Assembly (NCBI GenBank): GCA_002361485.1
Contig: DESZ01000030.1
Span: forward strand, 510 to 64,509
Direction of reading: 5' to 3'
DNA from: Cyanobacteria bacterium UBA3301
GTDB lineage: Bacteria > Cyanobacteriota > Vampirovibrionia > Gastranaerophilales > Gastranaerophilaceae
DNA: 64,000 nucleotides
Positions within the stretch are counted from its first letter, which is position 1. Every line of letters begins with the position of its first letter. The notes below the pieces were generated by a model. The model was not told the origin of the DNA and made no database searches. It was given only the letters and a program-made list of their open reading frames with translations. The position numbers were made by a program, and so were the translations under genes. Positions 38,617 to 47,068 of the stretch are shown in pieces.

Positions 38617-38665
38617 CTCAAACAAAGTAATAGCCTCTTCGGGAAACACCCAAAGAGGCTATTAC
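38617..38665 (-). terminator. intrinsic terminator directly after tRNA-Leu
   Basis: GTAATAGCCTCTT / AAGAGGCTATTAC form a 13-bp stem abutting the tRNA 3' end, followed on the minus strand by TTTGTTTG. Confidence 0.75.
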
Positions 38666-38744
38666 TGGGCATGAAGAGACTCGAACTCCCACGCTTTCGC
38701 ACTAGTTCCTAAGACTAGCGTGTCTACCATTCCACCACATGCCC
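38666..38744 (-). tRNA. tRNA-Leu (anticodon UAG), class II with long variable arm
   Basis: The reverse complement folds as GGGCATG TG GTG GAATGGTAGA CAC G CTAGT CTTAGGA ACTAG TGCGAAAGCGT GGGAG TTCGAGT CTCTT CATGCCC A. 79 nt, no encoded CCA, T-stem has two G-U pairs. Confidence 0.88.
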
Positions 38745-39047
38745 ATATTTAATTGTCAATATTCTGGTCATTCCTGCGCCTCGCCTTAAACGCCACCGCC
38801 TCCAATTAGTCGGAATATCCATTACCGACATAATTGTCGGTCTCTCCGCTAATGCTCCGTGGCTCTGCTCGGCTTGCACCACATGCCCATATTTAATTGT
38901 CAATATTCTGGTCATTCCTGCGCCTCGCCTTAAACGCCACCGCCTCCAATTAATCGGAATATACATTACCGACATAATTGTCGGTCTCTCCGCTAACGCT
39001 CCGCGGCTCTGCTCGGCTTGCACCACATGCCCATATTTAATTGTCAA
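38733..39047 (-). repeat. 144-bp tandem repeat (2 full units plus a 27-nt third start) beginning with the 5' end of tRNA-Leu
   Basis: caccacatgcccatatttaattgtcaa occurs at 38733, 38877 and 39021, an exact 144-bp period. The two full units differ at 4 positions. Confidence 0.95.
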
Positions 39048-39184
39048 ATTGGAGCAAAACTCCATATATCTAAATTATTATAAGCCAAACAACATGTCAA
39101 GGATTAATATTTTTTTATTTTAGGCAATTTTTTTATACAAAAATACTTTATATAAATATAGGGGAAAATAGAAAGGGAAAATTC

Positions 39185-40072
39185 TTGATTAATTATTTCA
39201 GTCCGATAAATTATTATACGGACGTTAATCCAATAATATATGCATACAATACCGGAGCAGCCTTTGGGTTTCGACCGGGAAGTCTGTTTGGTTTTGGATA
39301 CTCGCAACCGTTTGGCGCGACAAATAGCGGAATAAACAGTAGTCTGTTTAGTTTTGGGCAAAGTACTGCACAAAATCCGCTACAAATATTACTGAATGCT
39401 ACAAACCCTTGCGGATATAATCAGAGTTTCGGTGCCGTATACAATTTTGGTACAATTACTGCACAGAAAAAACAAACACGAACAATAACACCGACTCCGA
39501 CGCAAACAACAGTTTCGCCTCAAGCAAAACCGATAACTCAATCTTCAACAAATTATTTTAAGCCAAAGCAATTTAATGCGGCTGCGCTTGCTGATAACGC
39601 GCAAAAATATTTGGGAACAAGCGAAGCAAATAACGGACACATGAAATTCGTTATAAACTCGGAATGCAGAGCTATGGATCCGCATAGCGAAGAATGGTGC
39701 ACCGATTTTGTCACTTATGTCACAAAAGAAACATATCGAAAACAAGGCTTAAATGCTCCGTCATGGTTTGGCTCGCACGATGTTGCAACACTAAAACGAC
39801 AAGCAATATTTAATAATAAATTCATAGACACAACAAAACAAGCTGATAAAGGGAAATTTATCAGTCAAAATATAAAATCAGGCGATATTGTAATACTTAA
39901 TCAATTAGGAGCATCGCACACCGGTTTTGTCACCAAAGTAAATTCTGACGGGAGTTTTGAAACAATTGAAGGGAACGTTGGCGATCCCGGAGGCAGAGGT
40001 AACGGAATGGTTGTTCAAAACAGATATCTCGCAGGGGAAAAAGATTTAAGCGGATTTATAAGGCTAACTTAG
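39185..40072 (+). CDS. CHAP-domain peptidoglycan hydrolase with low-complexity FG-rich N-terminus
   Basis: C-terminal CHAP-like Cys/His pattern (EEWCTDFVTYV ... GASHTGFVTKV ... ETIEGNVG). TTG start preceded by AAAGGGA. Confidence 0.7.
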   Translation: MINYFSPINYYTDVNPIIYAYNTGAAFGFRPGSLFGFGYSQPFGATNSGINSSLFSFGQSTAQNPLQILLNATNPCGYNQSFGAVYNFGTITAQKKQTRTITPTPTQTTVSPQAKPITQSSTNYFKPKQFNAAALADNAQKYLGTSEANNGHMKFVINSECRAMDPHSEEWCTDFVTYVTKETYRKQGLNAPSWFGSHDVATLKRQAIFNNKFIDTTKQADKGKFISQNIKSGDIVILNQLGASHTGFVTKVNSDGSFETIEGNVGDPGGRGNGMVVQNRYLAGEKDLSGFIRLT

Positions 40073-40619
40073 TCGTTACTTCTTTTTCCAAAAATTTTTC
40101 GCTAGAGGTATTATAAATTACAATATCGGCTCTTGATATTTTTTGCTCCTGCGAAATTTGAGCTCTCATACGTTGTTGAGCATACTCTTTTGTATAATTG
40201 TTACGTTTTACAAGACGATTTTCGCGTATGATATCATCCGCGTACACAAAAATTATTTTATCAAACATTTTTTCCATATTTGTTTCAAATAATTGCGGAA
40301 CCGACACAAAAACGGCATTCTCGAAACTGTGTTCATTAAAAAAATCGGTTATTCTTTCCTTTACTTTCGGATGAATAATTGCTTCCAATTTTTTTAAATA
40401 TTCATTATTGGAAAAAACTAATTGCCCAAGCTTTGTACGAGAAATTTTCCCATCGTCAAAAACGTCATTATTTTTAAATAATTCTTTTACCTCATCACAG
40501 TTTAAAAATTCATGAGCAACAATATCAGTATCTAAAACACTGTAACCATATGCTTTTATAATATTTTCAACTGTCGATTTCCCGCTTGCTATATTCCCTG
40601 TTATACCGTATTTAATCAT
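40056..40619 (-). CDS. coaE: dephospho-CoA kinase
   Basis: N-terminal P-loop GITGNIASGKST and the expected length of about 190 aa. Confidence 0.9.
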   Translation of the reverse strand: MIKYGITGNIASGKSTVENIIKAYGYSVLDTDIVAHEFLNCDEVKELFKNNDVFDDGKISRTKLGQLVFSNNEYLKKLEAIIHPKVKERITDFFNEHSFENAVFVSVPQLFETNMEKMFDKIIFVYADDIIRENRLVKRNNYTKEYAQQRMRAQISQEQKISRADIVIYNTSSEKFLEKEVTTKLAL

Positions 40620-41349
40620 TTTTGCTTGCCAATTTAGAGATAAAATTTCGTAATTCTTTAATCTGTTGAGGTTTTATCGGTTTAAATTCTCCGCGTTTTA
40701 ATCCGTCTAAATTCAATGTCGCATGCTGTATTCTTTTTAATGAGATAACCTCAAACCCGAGATATTCAAACATTTTACGAATTTGTCTGTTCATCCCTTG
40801 GAATAAAAGTATTTCCATTGTTGTAGAATCATTGTCGATTTCTAAAACATCAACTTGCGCATAAGCTTTTTTATCAGGTTCAATCTCTATACCTTTTGAC
40901 ATTTTATCAATATCATTTTGGGTAATTTTGCCATTAATTGTAACCCTGTACAACTTCGGAACTCTTGCAGACGGATGAGTCAGATCATTTATTAAATCTC
41001 CGTCATTTGTAAGAATTAACAAACCTGTTGATTCTCTATCCAACCTCCCGACAGGCTTTAGGTGATGTAATCTCTCAGGTAATAAATCATAAATAGTTTT
41101 TCTGCCTTTTTCGTCATCCGAAGTAGTGATGTATCCTGCAGGCTTGTAAAATCTGTAATATTCATGTTTTACGGGATGAATAAGTTTTTTATTCACAAAA
41201 ACTTTATCCTTTGGTTGAACTCCATAACCAAGCTCTGTTACGATTTTCCCATTTACCATAACAACGCCCGATTCAATAAGTTCATCTGCTTTCCTGCGCG
41301 AACACAAACCCGAAGATGCTATGTATTTATTTAAACGAGTTGAGGGCAT
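40612..41349 (-). CDS. rluB: pseudouridine synthase, RsuA/RluB family with S4 domain
   Basis: S4 N-terminus (RLNKYIASSGLCSRRKADELI) and the catalytic GRLDRESTGLLILTNDG. Confidence 0.88.
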   Translation of the reverse strand: MPSTRLNKYIASSGLCSRRKADELIESGVVMVNGKIVTELGYGVQPKDKVFVNKKLIHPVKHEYYRFYKPAGYITTSDDEKGRKTIYDLLPERLHHLKPVGRLDRESTGLLILTNDGDLINDLTHPSARVPKLYRVTINGKITQNDIDKMSKGIEIEPDKKAYAQVDVLEIDNDSTTMEILLFQGMNRQIRKMFEYLGFEVISLKRIQHATLNLDGLKRGEFKPIKPQQIKELRNFISKLASKND

Positions 41350-41756
41350 TTTACTTCCTTTTCAAAAATTGACGCCAGAGGTTCAGGCATTTTGCGATAC
41401 AATTTTCCGTCCGAGTGAACCGCCACGATTACAACCTCTGCAGTGATAAATACTTTATCAGTTTCTTTTGATTTTATTGTTTGTTTAAATGTTGCCGTCA
41501 AACCGCTATATTGAGAAACTTCTGTTTCGACAACAACAACATCTTCCAATTTTGCTGAAGATTTATATTTTATATTTATCGAAGAAACCGGAAGCAAAAT
41601 ATCCTGAGCTTCCAACTCTTTTAATGTCAAGCCCGTTGCATCTTTGCAATATTCTACCCTGCCCATTTCCATCCAGCGTAAATATGCTCCATGCCAGACT
41701 ACACCATAATTATCCGTATCCGAAAAATAAACTTTTTGCTCAAATATATGTTTCAT
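41331..41756 (-). CDS. acyl-CoA thioesterase, YbgC/4HBT hotdog family
   Basis: N-terminal VYFSDTDNYGVVWHGAYLRWME, the 4HBT catalytic Asp context. 141 aa. Confidence 0.8.
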   Translation of the reverse strand: MKHIFEQKVYFSDTDNYGVVWHGAYLRWMEMGRVEYCKDATGLTLKELEAQDILLPVSSINIKYKSSAKLEDVVVVETEVSQYSGLTATFKQTIKSKETDKVFITAEVVIVAVHSDGKLYRKMPEPLASIFEKEVKCPQLV

Positions 41757-41786
41757 AACCCACTAATTATAACATGAAATTTTATC

Positions 41787-42419
41787 ATGTATAATATAGG
41801 TATGAATAAGCAGATTTCTGAAAAAACAATAAATCGCCTGACTTTATATCATTGCATTCTTTGTGATTTTATCGAAAAAGGTGAAGAATATATCTCAAGC
41901 AAACAAATTGCAATGCTTTTGAGAATTGATGATTCTCAAGTCAGAAAAGATATCAATCTTTTAAATAATTCAGGAAAATCAAGAGTCGGCTATATTGTAA
42001 AAGAACTCAAAAAATCTATCGAAACCACACTCGGGTTTTCAAAAACAAAACGTGCATACATTATTGGTGCGGGGAATTTAGGAACAGCACTTGCTAATTA
42101 TAATAATTTCTCAAATTACGGATTAAATATAGTAAGTCTTTTTGACAATGATCCAAATAAAATCGGAAAAGAAATAAATAACAAAAAAATTCTTGATATA
42201 AAAGAATTACCTGTATATGCCTGGCAGCATTTTATTGATATTGCGATTTTAACTGTACCGGCACAATATGCGCAATCTATTGCAGATTTTCTGGTAAAAA
42301 CAGGTATTAAACACATATGGAACTTTACTCCGACAGTTTTAGACGTTCCTTATGACGTTCAGGTATGGAACGAAAATTTGATGGGTAATTTCTTACAATT
42401 TACTTACGATATAAATTAA
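41787..42419 (+). CDS. rex: redox-sensing transcriptional repressor Rex
   Basis: Winged-helix N-terminus (TINRLTLYHCIL...SSKQIA) and Rossmann motif IIGAGNLGTALANY. 210 aa. Confidence 0.88.
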   Translation: MYNIGMNKQISEKTINRLTLYHCILCDFIEKGEEYISSKQIAMLLRIDDSQVRKDINLLNNSGKSRVGYIVKELKKSIETTLGFSKTKRAYIIGAGNLGTALANYNNFSNYGLNIVSLFDNDPNKIGKEINNKKILDIKELPVYAWQHFIDIAILTVPAQYAQSIADFLVKTGIKHIWNFTPTVLDVPYDVQVWNENLMGNFLQFTYDIN

Positions 42420-42424
42420 AACAA

Positions 42425-44494
42425 TTAATTGTTATTTAAAAAACCTGCCATTGTCGGTTTGTTAGACGGTATAAACGAAGCTTGGAAATCCATTGAAGGT
42501 TTTGCCAAAGTTGCGTCCAATTTCTCTTTAGCTTTTCGCTTATCTGTCATATATTTACATAAATCAGTTAATCCGATAATTAAACCCGGAACAAGCGCTA
42601 ATGTTGATAAAGCACCAAAGAAGCTGTTACATGTTTTTGCACGATTCATTAATTTATTTTGACCTCGGAATAATTCATAGAATTTATCCAAATGTTTTGA
42701 TTTAGTTTCTTTGGCTATATGCAAAGCTTCTTTTATTTCTTCTTTTGTAGCATCTGCATAAGATTTCCCGTTAAATTCTTTCAATATATCTTCAACAACA
42801 CTCTTAATCGCATCATCATTTGCAAGAGCTTTTTTGATGTTACCGCCTGATTTTTCGATAAATTCTACAAATCCGTCTACACCATTTCTATATTGATCGA
42901 TATTAGTATACTTATATTCCAATTGTTTACTTGAAAGTATTGAATGTCTTGTATCAGAAGGATTCAAATAATCCCATGTTTTTTGAAGTTTGGAACGACC
43001 AGCCAAATCTTTTTTATTCAAAGCAAGCCCCGTCAACTTTGTAAAACCGTCTGAGAACAATCTTGCTAAAGCCTTTGCACCAAATAATAATGCTGTAAAT
43101 GCCGTCATGTCGCGAAGCATAATTTCACCGTAATCATATTTATCTTGTGCGTTCAGCAATCTTGGAGGAATACAAGCACCATACAATAGTACAGCCATTG
43201 CATTACCTTGAATAATTGGTCCGTTCAATTCAAAAATATCAGAAACTGATTTTAATTTTCTGCTGTTGAAAATCTTCTCTCCGGCTTTTTCTATCCTGCC
43301 AACACCGCTGCCAAACGATACATTTTTTGATTTCTCTTTTACAGATTTTTCATCTGCAACAACATTTTTACCGTTTTGCAACGCAGGTTGTTGTTCTTCT
43401 TCCTCATTTGCTAAGGCAGGATTTTTACCCTTTGTACCCATATTATAAAGTTTTGGTATCTGAGTATAGAACGCAGCAACAGCCAAGAATAATCCCAAAT
43501 TCGTCAAAATTCTTGTACCCATTTTGTGAGAAGTGAAATGTTTCATAATATCTTCAACAGTTGCTGTTTTGGACTCTTTTAGCTTTTTGTGAACGGATTT
43601 AACCGCATCATCAAAGTAATCACCCAAAGCTGATGTTAAACTTCCTATGGAACCTGCTTTTAAGTCTTTTCCGTTCGATGCAGAGAAAACTGCAGCCATA
43701 TCATTTACAGTACCGCCAACTTTATTTTTCATTAAGGTCATGAAATCATCTTCTATTGACGTTCCAAGTTTTGCTAATTCGGCAGCACGCTCTTTACGCT
43801 TAAAGAAACCTGCGAAATCAGCATTTATTTTTTCTGTCTTAATTTGTTTATCTGCAAAAGCTGAAGCTTTCTTTGCAATCTCTCTTGCACTCATTTTTTC
43901 AGCTTCAGGTAAATTTGTGTTAACACTTTTATCTATTACATCTTTAAATACTTCGGTATAGAAAGATTTTTTGTCTGCTTTGCCTGCTTTTATAGCTTCA
44001 ATATTGTCTTTTGCAAAATTAGCAAATGTATTTTTAAATCCGTCTATATAATCAAGGCGCATGTTATTAGCGCGTCCGTACTTGTTTTTTATACCTCTTA
44101 ACAAGAAATAAGGGATAATAAAAGCACTCGGACCTGTAATTACTTCACGAACCCCTTCTTTACGTGCATAAGCCCAATTCAATTCGCGTTTTGGCTCACC
44201 GTTTTTATCTAAAATTTTGTTACCATCTTCATCACGCTTAATTTTACCTCCTCTTAATAAGCCTTTTCCTACACGAGGAGCGATAAAACCTATTCCGTCT
44301 TGAATACAAAAAGATGCAGCAAATCCGCCCGCAGCAATGAAATCCATCAATTTTACAATGAAATTTGGAGCTTTATATACACCAGTGAAAGCAACATTGC
44401 CTGCACTCGGCTGATGCGGGGTAGACGGCGCATTGTTGTTTTTGCGCGTATTATTTTTTATATTTAAGTTATGCCCTACTGATTTTACCTGCAT
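42425..44494 (-). CDS. large hypothetical polytopic membrane protein
   Basis: 689-aa ORF with six or more hydrophobic segments separated by Lys-rich soluble inserts. N-terminal NVAFTG motif. No recognisable enzymatic motif. Confidence 0.65.
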   Translation of the reverse strand: MQVKSVGHNLNIKNNTRKNNNAPSTPHQPSAGNVAFTGVYKAPNFIVKLMDFIAAGGFAASFCIQDGIGFIAPRVGKGLLRGGKIKRDEDGNKILDKNGEPKRELNWAYARKEGVREVITGPSAFIIPYFLLRGIKNKYGRANNMRLDYIDGFKNTFANFAKDNIEAIKAGKADKKSFYTEVFKDVIDKSVNTNLPEAEKMSAREIAKKASAFADKQIKTEKINADFAGFFKRKERAAELAKLGTSIEDDFMTLMKNKVGGTVNDMAAVFSASNGKDLKAGSIGSLTSALGDYFDDAVKSVHKKLKESKTATVEDIMKHFTSHKMGTRILTNLGLFLAVAAFYTQIPKLYNMGTKGKNPALANEEEEQQPALQNGKNVVADEKSVKEKSKNVSFGSGVGRIEKAGEKIFNSRKLKSVSDIFELNGPIIQGNAMAVLLYGACIPPRLLNAQDKYDYGEIMLRDMTAFTALLFGAKALARLFSDGFTKLTGLALNKKDLAGRSKLQKTWDYLNPSDTRHSILSSKQLEYKYTNIDQYRNGVDGFVEFIEKSGGNIKKALANDDAIKSVVEDILKEFNGKSYADATKEEIKEALHIAKETKSKHLDKFYELFRGQNKLMNRAKTCNSFFGALSTLALVPGLIIGLTDLCKYMTDKRKAKEKLDATLAKPSMDFQASFIPSNKPTMAGFLNNN

Positions 44495-44730
44495 AATCCC
44501 TACTATAATTCAAAACCTGCTACATATTAGATAAAAACAATATTTCAAAATTAATTGTCTTTTTATCGGGTAATGTTTCAAAACTTTTACAATTTTATTA
44601 ATTACAGTTTCGGAACAAGTGTAATTATTATACTTAATCAAAAAAATTTTTTCAAGCTTTTTACTACAAATATAACAATACTTAACATTATTATTTGACA
44701 GTACATAATATCTCATATAACATTTGTAAT

Positions 44731-46038
44731 ATGGAAGTGAACATTATCGGTGCAGGTTTAGCAGGTTCAGAGGCCGCATTGCAGCTTGCCAAAAGAGGGT
44801 TTAAAGTAAACTTATACGAAATGCGTCCGCACACACAAACAGGCGCGCACACAACGGAAGATTGCGCGGAATTTGTATGTTCAAACAGCCTTGGTTCTTA
44901 TGATTTGACAAACGGTAGCGGTTTATTGAAACATGAAATGGAAATTTTAGGCGGAGAACTTATAGAAATAGCAAAAGAATGTGCCGTACCTGCAGGAAAT
45001 GCTTTAGCAATTGACAGGCATAAATTTTCTCAAACAGTCACAAAAAAAATTGAACAAAATCCTAACATAAATTTGATAAGGGAAGAAATTACAGAAATCC
45101 CAAACACCCCTACAATTATAGCTTCAGGACCATTAACAAGCGACAAATTTGCACAAAGCATCAAAGAATTTACCAATAGTGAATATTTGCACTTTTTTGA
45201 TGCAATAGCGCCTATTGTGGAATGTGACAGTATTAATTTCGATATTGCGTTTTGGGCAAGCAGATATGATAAAGGAGAAGCTTCTTATATAAATTGCCCT
45301 ATGAATAAAGAACAGTACGAAAAATTTTATAATATTTTAATTAATGCCCCTCGTATTGAACAACACAATTTTGAAAAAGGTGCAAAATTTTTTGAAAGCT
45401 GTTTGCCGATTGAAGTTTTAGCTTCCAGAGGAGAGGACACACTGCGATTTGGGCCTATGAAACCCGTCGGACTCATAGATAAAAGAACGAATGAAAAAAA
45501 TTATGCCGTCGTCCAATTAAGACAAGATAACAGCGCCAAAACCTTATATAATCTTGTAGGTTTCCAAACAAACCTAAAATGGGGGGCTCAAAAAGAACTC
45601 TTGCAATCAATACCGGGACTTGAAAATTGCAATATAGTAAGATACGGCGTAATGCACAGAAATACATTTATAAATTCACCAAAACTTTTACACCCGACAC
45701 TCCAAACTCGAAAAAGACAAGATTTATTTTTCGCAGGACAAATAACGGGAACAGAAGGTTATACGGAATCAATAGCTTCAGGCTTATTGGCAGGTATTAA
45801 TATGGCAAAATTTTTAAATAATGAACTATTGCTTGAATTACCGAATGAAACCATGCTAGGAGCTTTGACTCATTACATAACAAATCCTGAAAATGATAAT
45901 TTTCAACCTATAAACTCGAATTGGGGAATAGTCCCGCCTGTTGAACTGCCTAAAAAAGAACGCAAAAACAAGAAATTAAAAGGGCAACTGATGTCTGAAC
46001 GCGCAATCGAAACGTTAAAACAAGCACTGTGTCTATAA
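44731..46038 (+). CDS. trmFO: methylenetetrahydrofolate--tRNA-(uracil-5-)-methyltransferase
   Basis: FAD dinucleotide motif VNIIGAGLAGSEAA and further TrmFO/Gid blocks (CSNSLG, FFAGQITGTEGYTES). Start placed at ATG 44731. Confidence 0.92.
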   Translation: MEVNIIGAGLAGSEAALQLAKRGFKVNLYEMRPHTQTGAHTTEDCAEFVCSNSLGSYDLTNGSGLLKHEMEILGGELIEIAKECAVPAGNALAIDRHKFSQTVTKKIEQNPNINLIREEITEIPNTPTIIASGPLTSDKFAQSIKEFTNSEYLHFFDAIAPIVECDSINFDIAFWASRYDKGEASYINCPMNKEQYEKFYNILINAPRIEQHNFEKGAKFFESCLPIEVLASRGEDTLRFGPMKPVGLIDKRTNEKNYAVVQLRQDNSAKTLYNLVGFQTNLKWGAQKELLQSIPGLENCNIVRYGVMHRNTFINSPKLLHPTLQTRKRQDLFFAGQITGTEGYTESIASGLLAGINMAKFLNNELLLELPNETMLGALTHYITNPENDNFQPINSNWGIVPPVELPKKERKNKKLKGQLMSERAIETLKQALCL

Positions 46039-46141
46039 TACACTATTAATATTTGTAACAATATCGCGAAAACATTAAAGTTTTGACCAATTTATGCCGT
46101 TTATATATTTGTCAGTTAAAAATACTGAATTTAGTTCATTT

Positions 46142-46182
46142 AAAGAATGGAAAGGGGCGACGAGCCCCTTTCCATTCTTTTT
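46142..46182. terminator. strong bidirectional intrinsic terminator
   Basis: aaagaatggaaaggggc / gcccctttccattcttt form a 17-bp stem with a 5-nt loop between the convergent trmFO and flgC. Confidence 0.85.
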
Positions 46183-46209
46183 GGCTTTCAAAACTTATTT
46201 ATCAAATTA

Positions 46210-46653
46210 CTATCTGCCGATTTCTACTGCTTTTTGCGCCATTGATTTTGTAACATTTACTAATGCCAAGTTTGCCTCATACGCCCTTTGTGCCATCAAA
46301 GCATCTGCAATATCAACCATAGCATTTACATTGGAAGTTCTTATATAACCGTTTTCATCAGCATCAGGATGCCCCGGTTGGTATATTTTTTCACCTAATG
46401 TAGGGTCTTCAACAACGCCGCTAAAATTTACTCCCCCCTGCTGGTATGGCAAAGTACCTACACCGAAAACATCTTCTTTCATAGCATTCATTATTCCATG
46501 AAATGAAATTTCGTCTGTTGCATTTAACACAGGAATTTTTCTCACATAATTTGGGGTATCCAAATTTGCAATGTTTTTTGCATGAATATCTATTCTTTTA
46601 CCATGGACTCTTAAAGCGTTTCCGCCGATATCAATTGATTCCATTATACCCAT
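46210..46653 (-). CDS. flgC: flagellar basal-body rod protein FlgC
   Basis: N-terminal rod motif (NIANLDTPNY) and C-terminal MVDIADALMAQRAYEANLALV. 147 aa. Confidence 0.9.
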   Translation of the reverse strand: MGIMESIDIGGNALRVHGKRIDIHAKNIANLDTPNYVRKIPVLNATDEISFHGIMNAMKEDVFGVGTLPYQQGGVNFSGVVEDPTLGEKIYQPGHPDADENGYIRTSNVNAMVDIADALMAQRAYEANLALVNVTKSMAQKAVEIGR

Positions 46654-46695
46654 TATTTTACCTCCGATGTATTTTGTTTAACAGCTTGATGTATA

Positions 46696-47043
46696 TTATT
46701 TTCCGACATTTATAGCTGTTTTAATCTCTGTTATTATATTTGACATTCTACGTGTTGCCATTGAATATAAAATCGCGTTTTCCTGAATGCGCAGCAATTC
46801 ATTTGCCGAATTTACAGGCTCTTCATATCTGTCCTCAATGATAGCAGAGGCGCCCAAACGTTCTGATAATTTCGTTTCCAACGGACTGTTCATTGTGTTT
46901 AAATATTGTCCGAAATCAATATCCTGTCTTATATAGCCTGGAGTATCAACGTTCGCGATATTAGAACCTAATGCTCTTTGCTTTTGAGCAATTAAATCCA
47001 TCATCAAATTAACTTTACCCATACCATCTAGCGGTGTATACAT
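46696..47043 (-). CDS. flgB: flagellar basal-body rod protein FlgB
   Basis: N-terminal SNIANVDTPGY rod motif. 115 aa, immediately upstream of flgC. Confidence 0.85.
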   Translation of the reverse strand: MYTPLDGMGKVNLMMDLIAQKQRALGSNIANVDTPGYIRQDIDFGQYLNTMNSPLETKLSERLGASAIIEDRYEEPVNSANELLRIQENAILYSMATRRMSNIITEIKTAINVGK

Positions 47044-47068
47044 TCTTTAAACCTTTCAATTATTATTT

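Noticed and set aside
38745-38759. TTGACA within the 15-nt motif as the -35 box of a tRNA promoter
   Set aside because: It lies at -15..-10 from the mature tRNA 5' end. A -10 box 17 nt downstream would fall inside the tRNA, and the sequence there is not -10-like.
38724-39065. Minus-strand ORF of 113 aa with repeated TIKYGHVVQAEQS... peptide
   Set aside because: It is the translation of the 144-bp tRNA-Leu leader repeats and runs into the tRNA itself. The 144-bp period is a multiple of 3, so the frame stays open.
44510-44716. Short ORFs in AT-rich intergenic DNA (44510..44716, 22720..22926, 39104..39373, 7636..7851, 5599..5847, 51508..51699, 52057..52287, 46094..46348, 46503..46715, 37741..37992)
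   Set aside because: They overlap promoters, terminators or neighbouring genes. They are rich in Ile/Tyr/Phe/Lys/Asn codons as expected from random AT-rich sequence, and they lack SD sequences.
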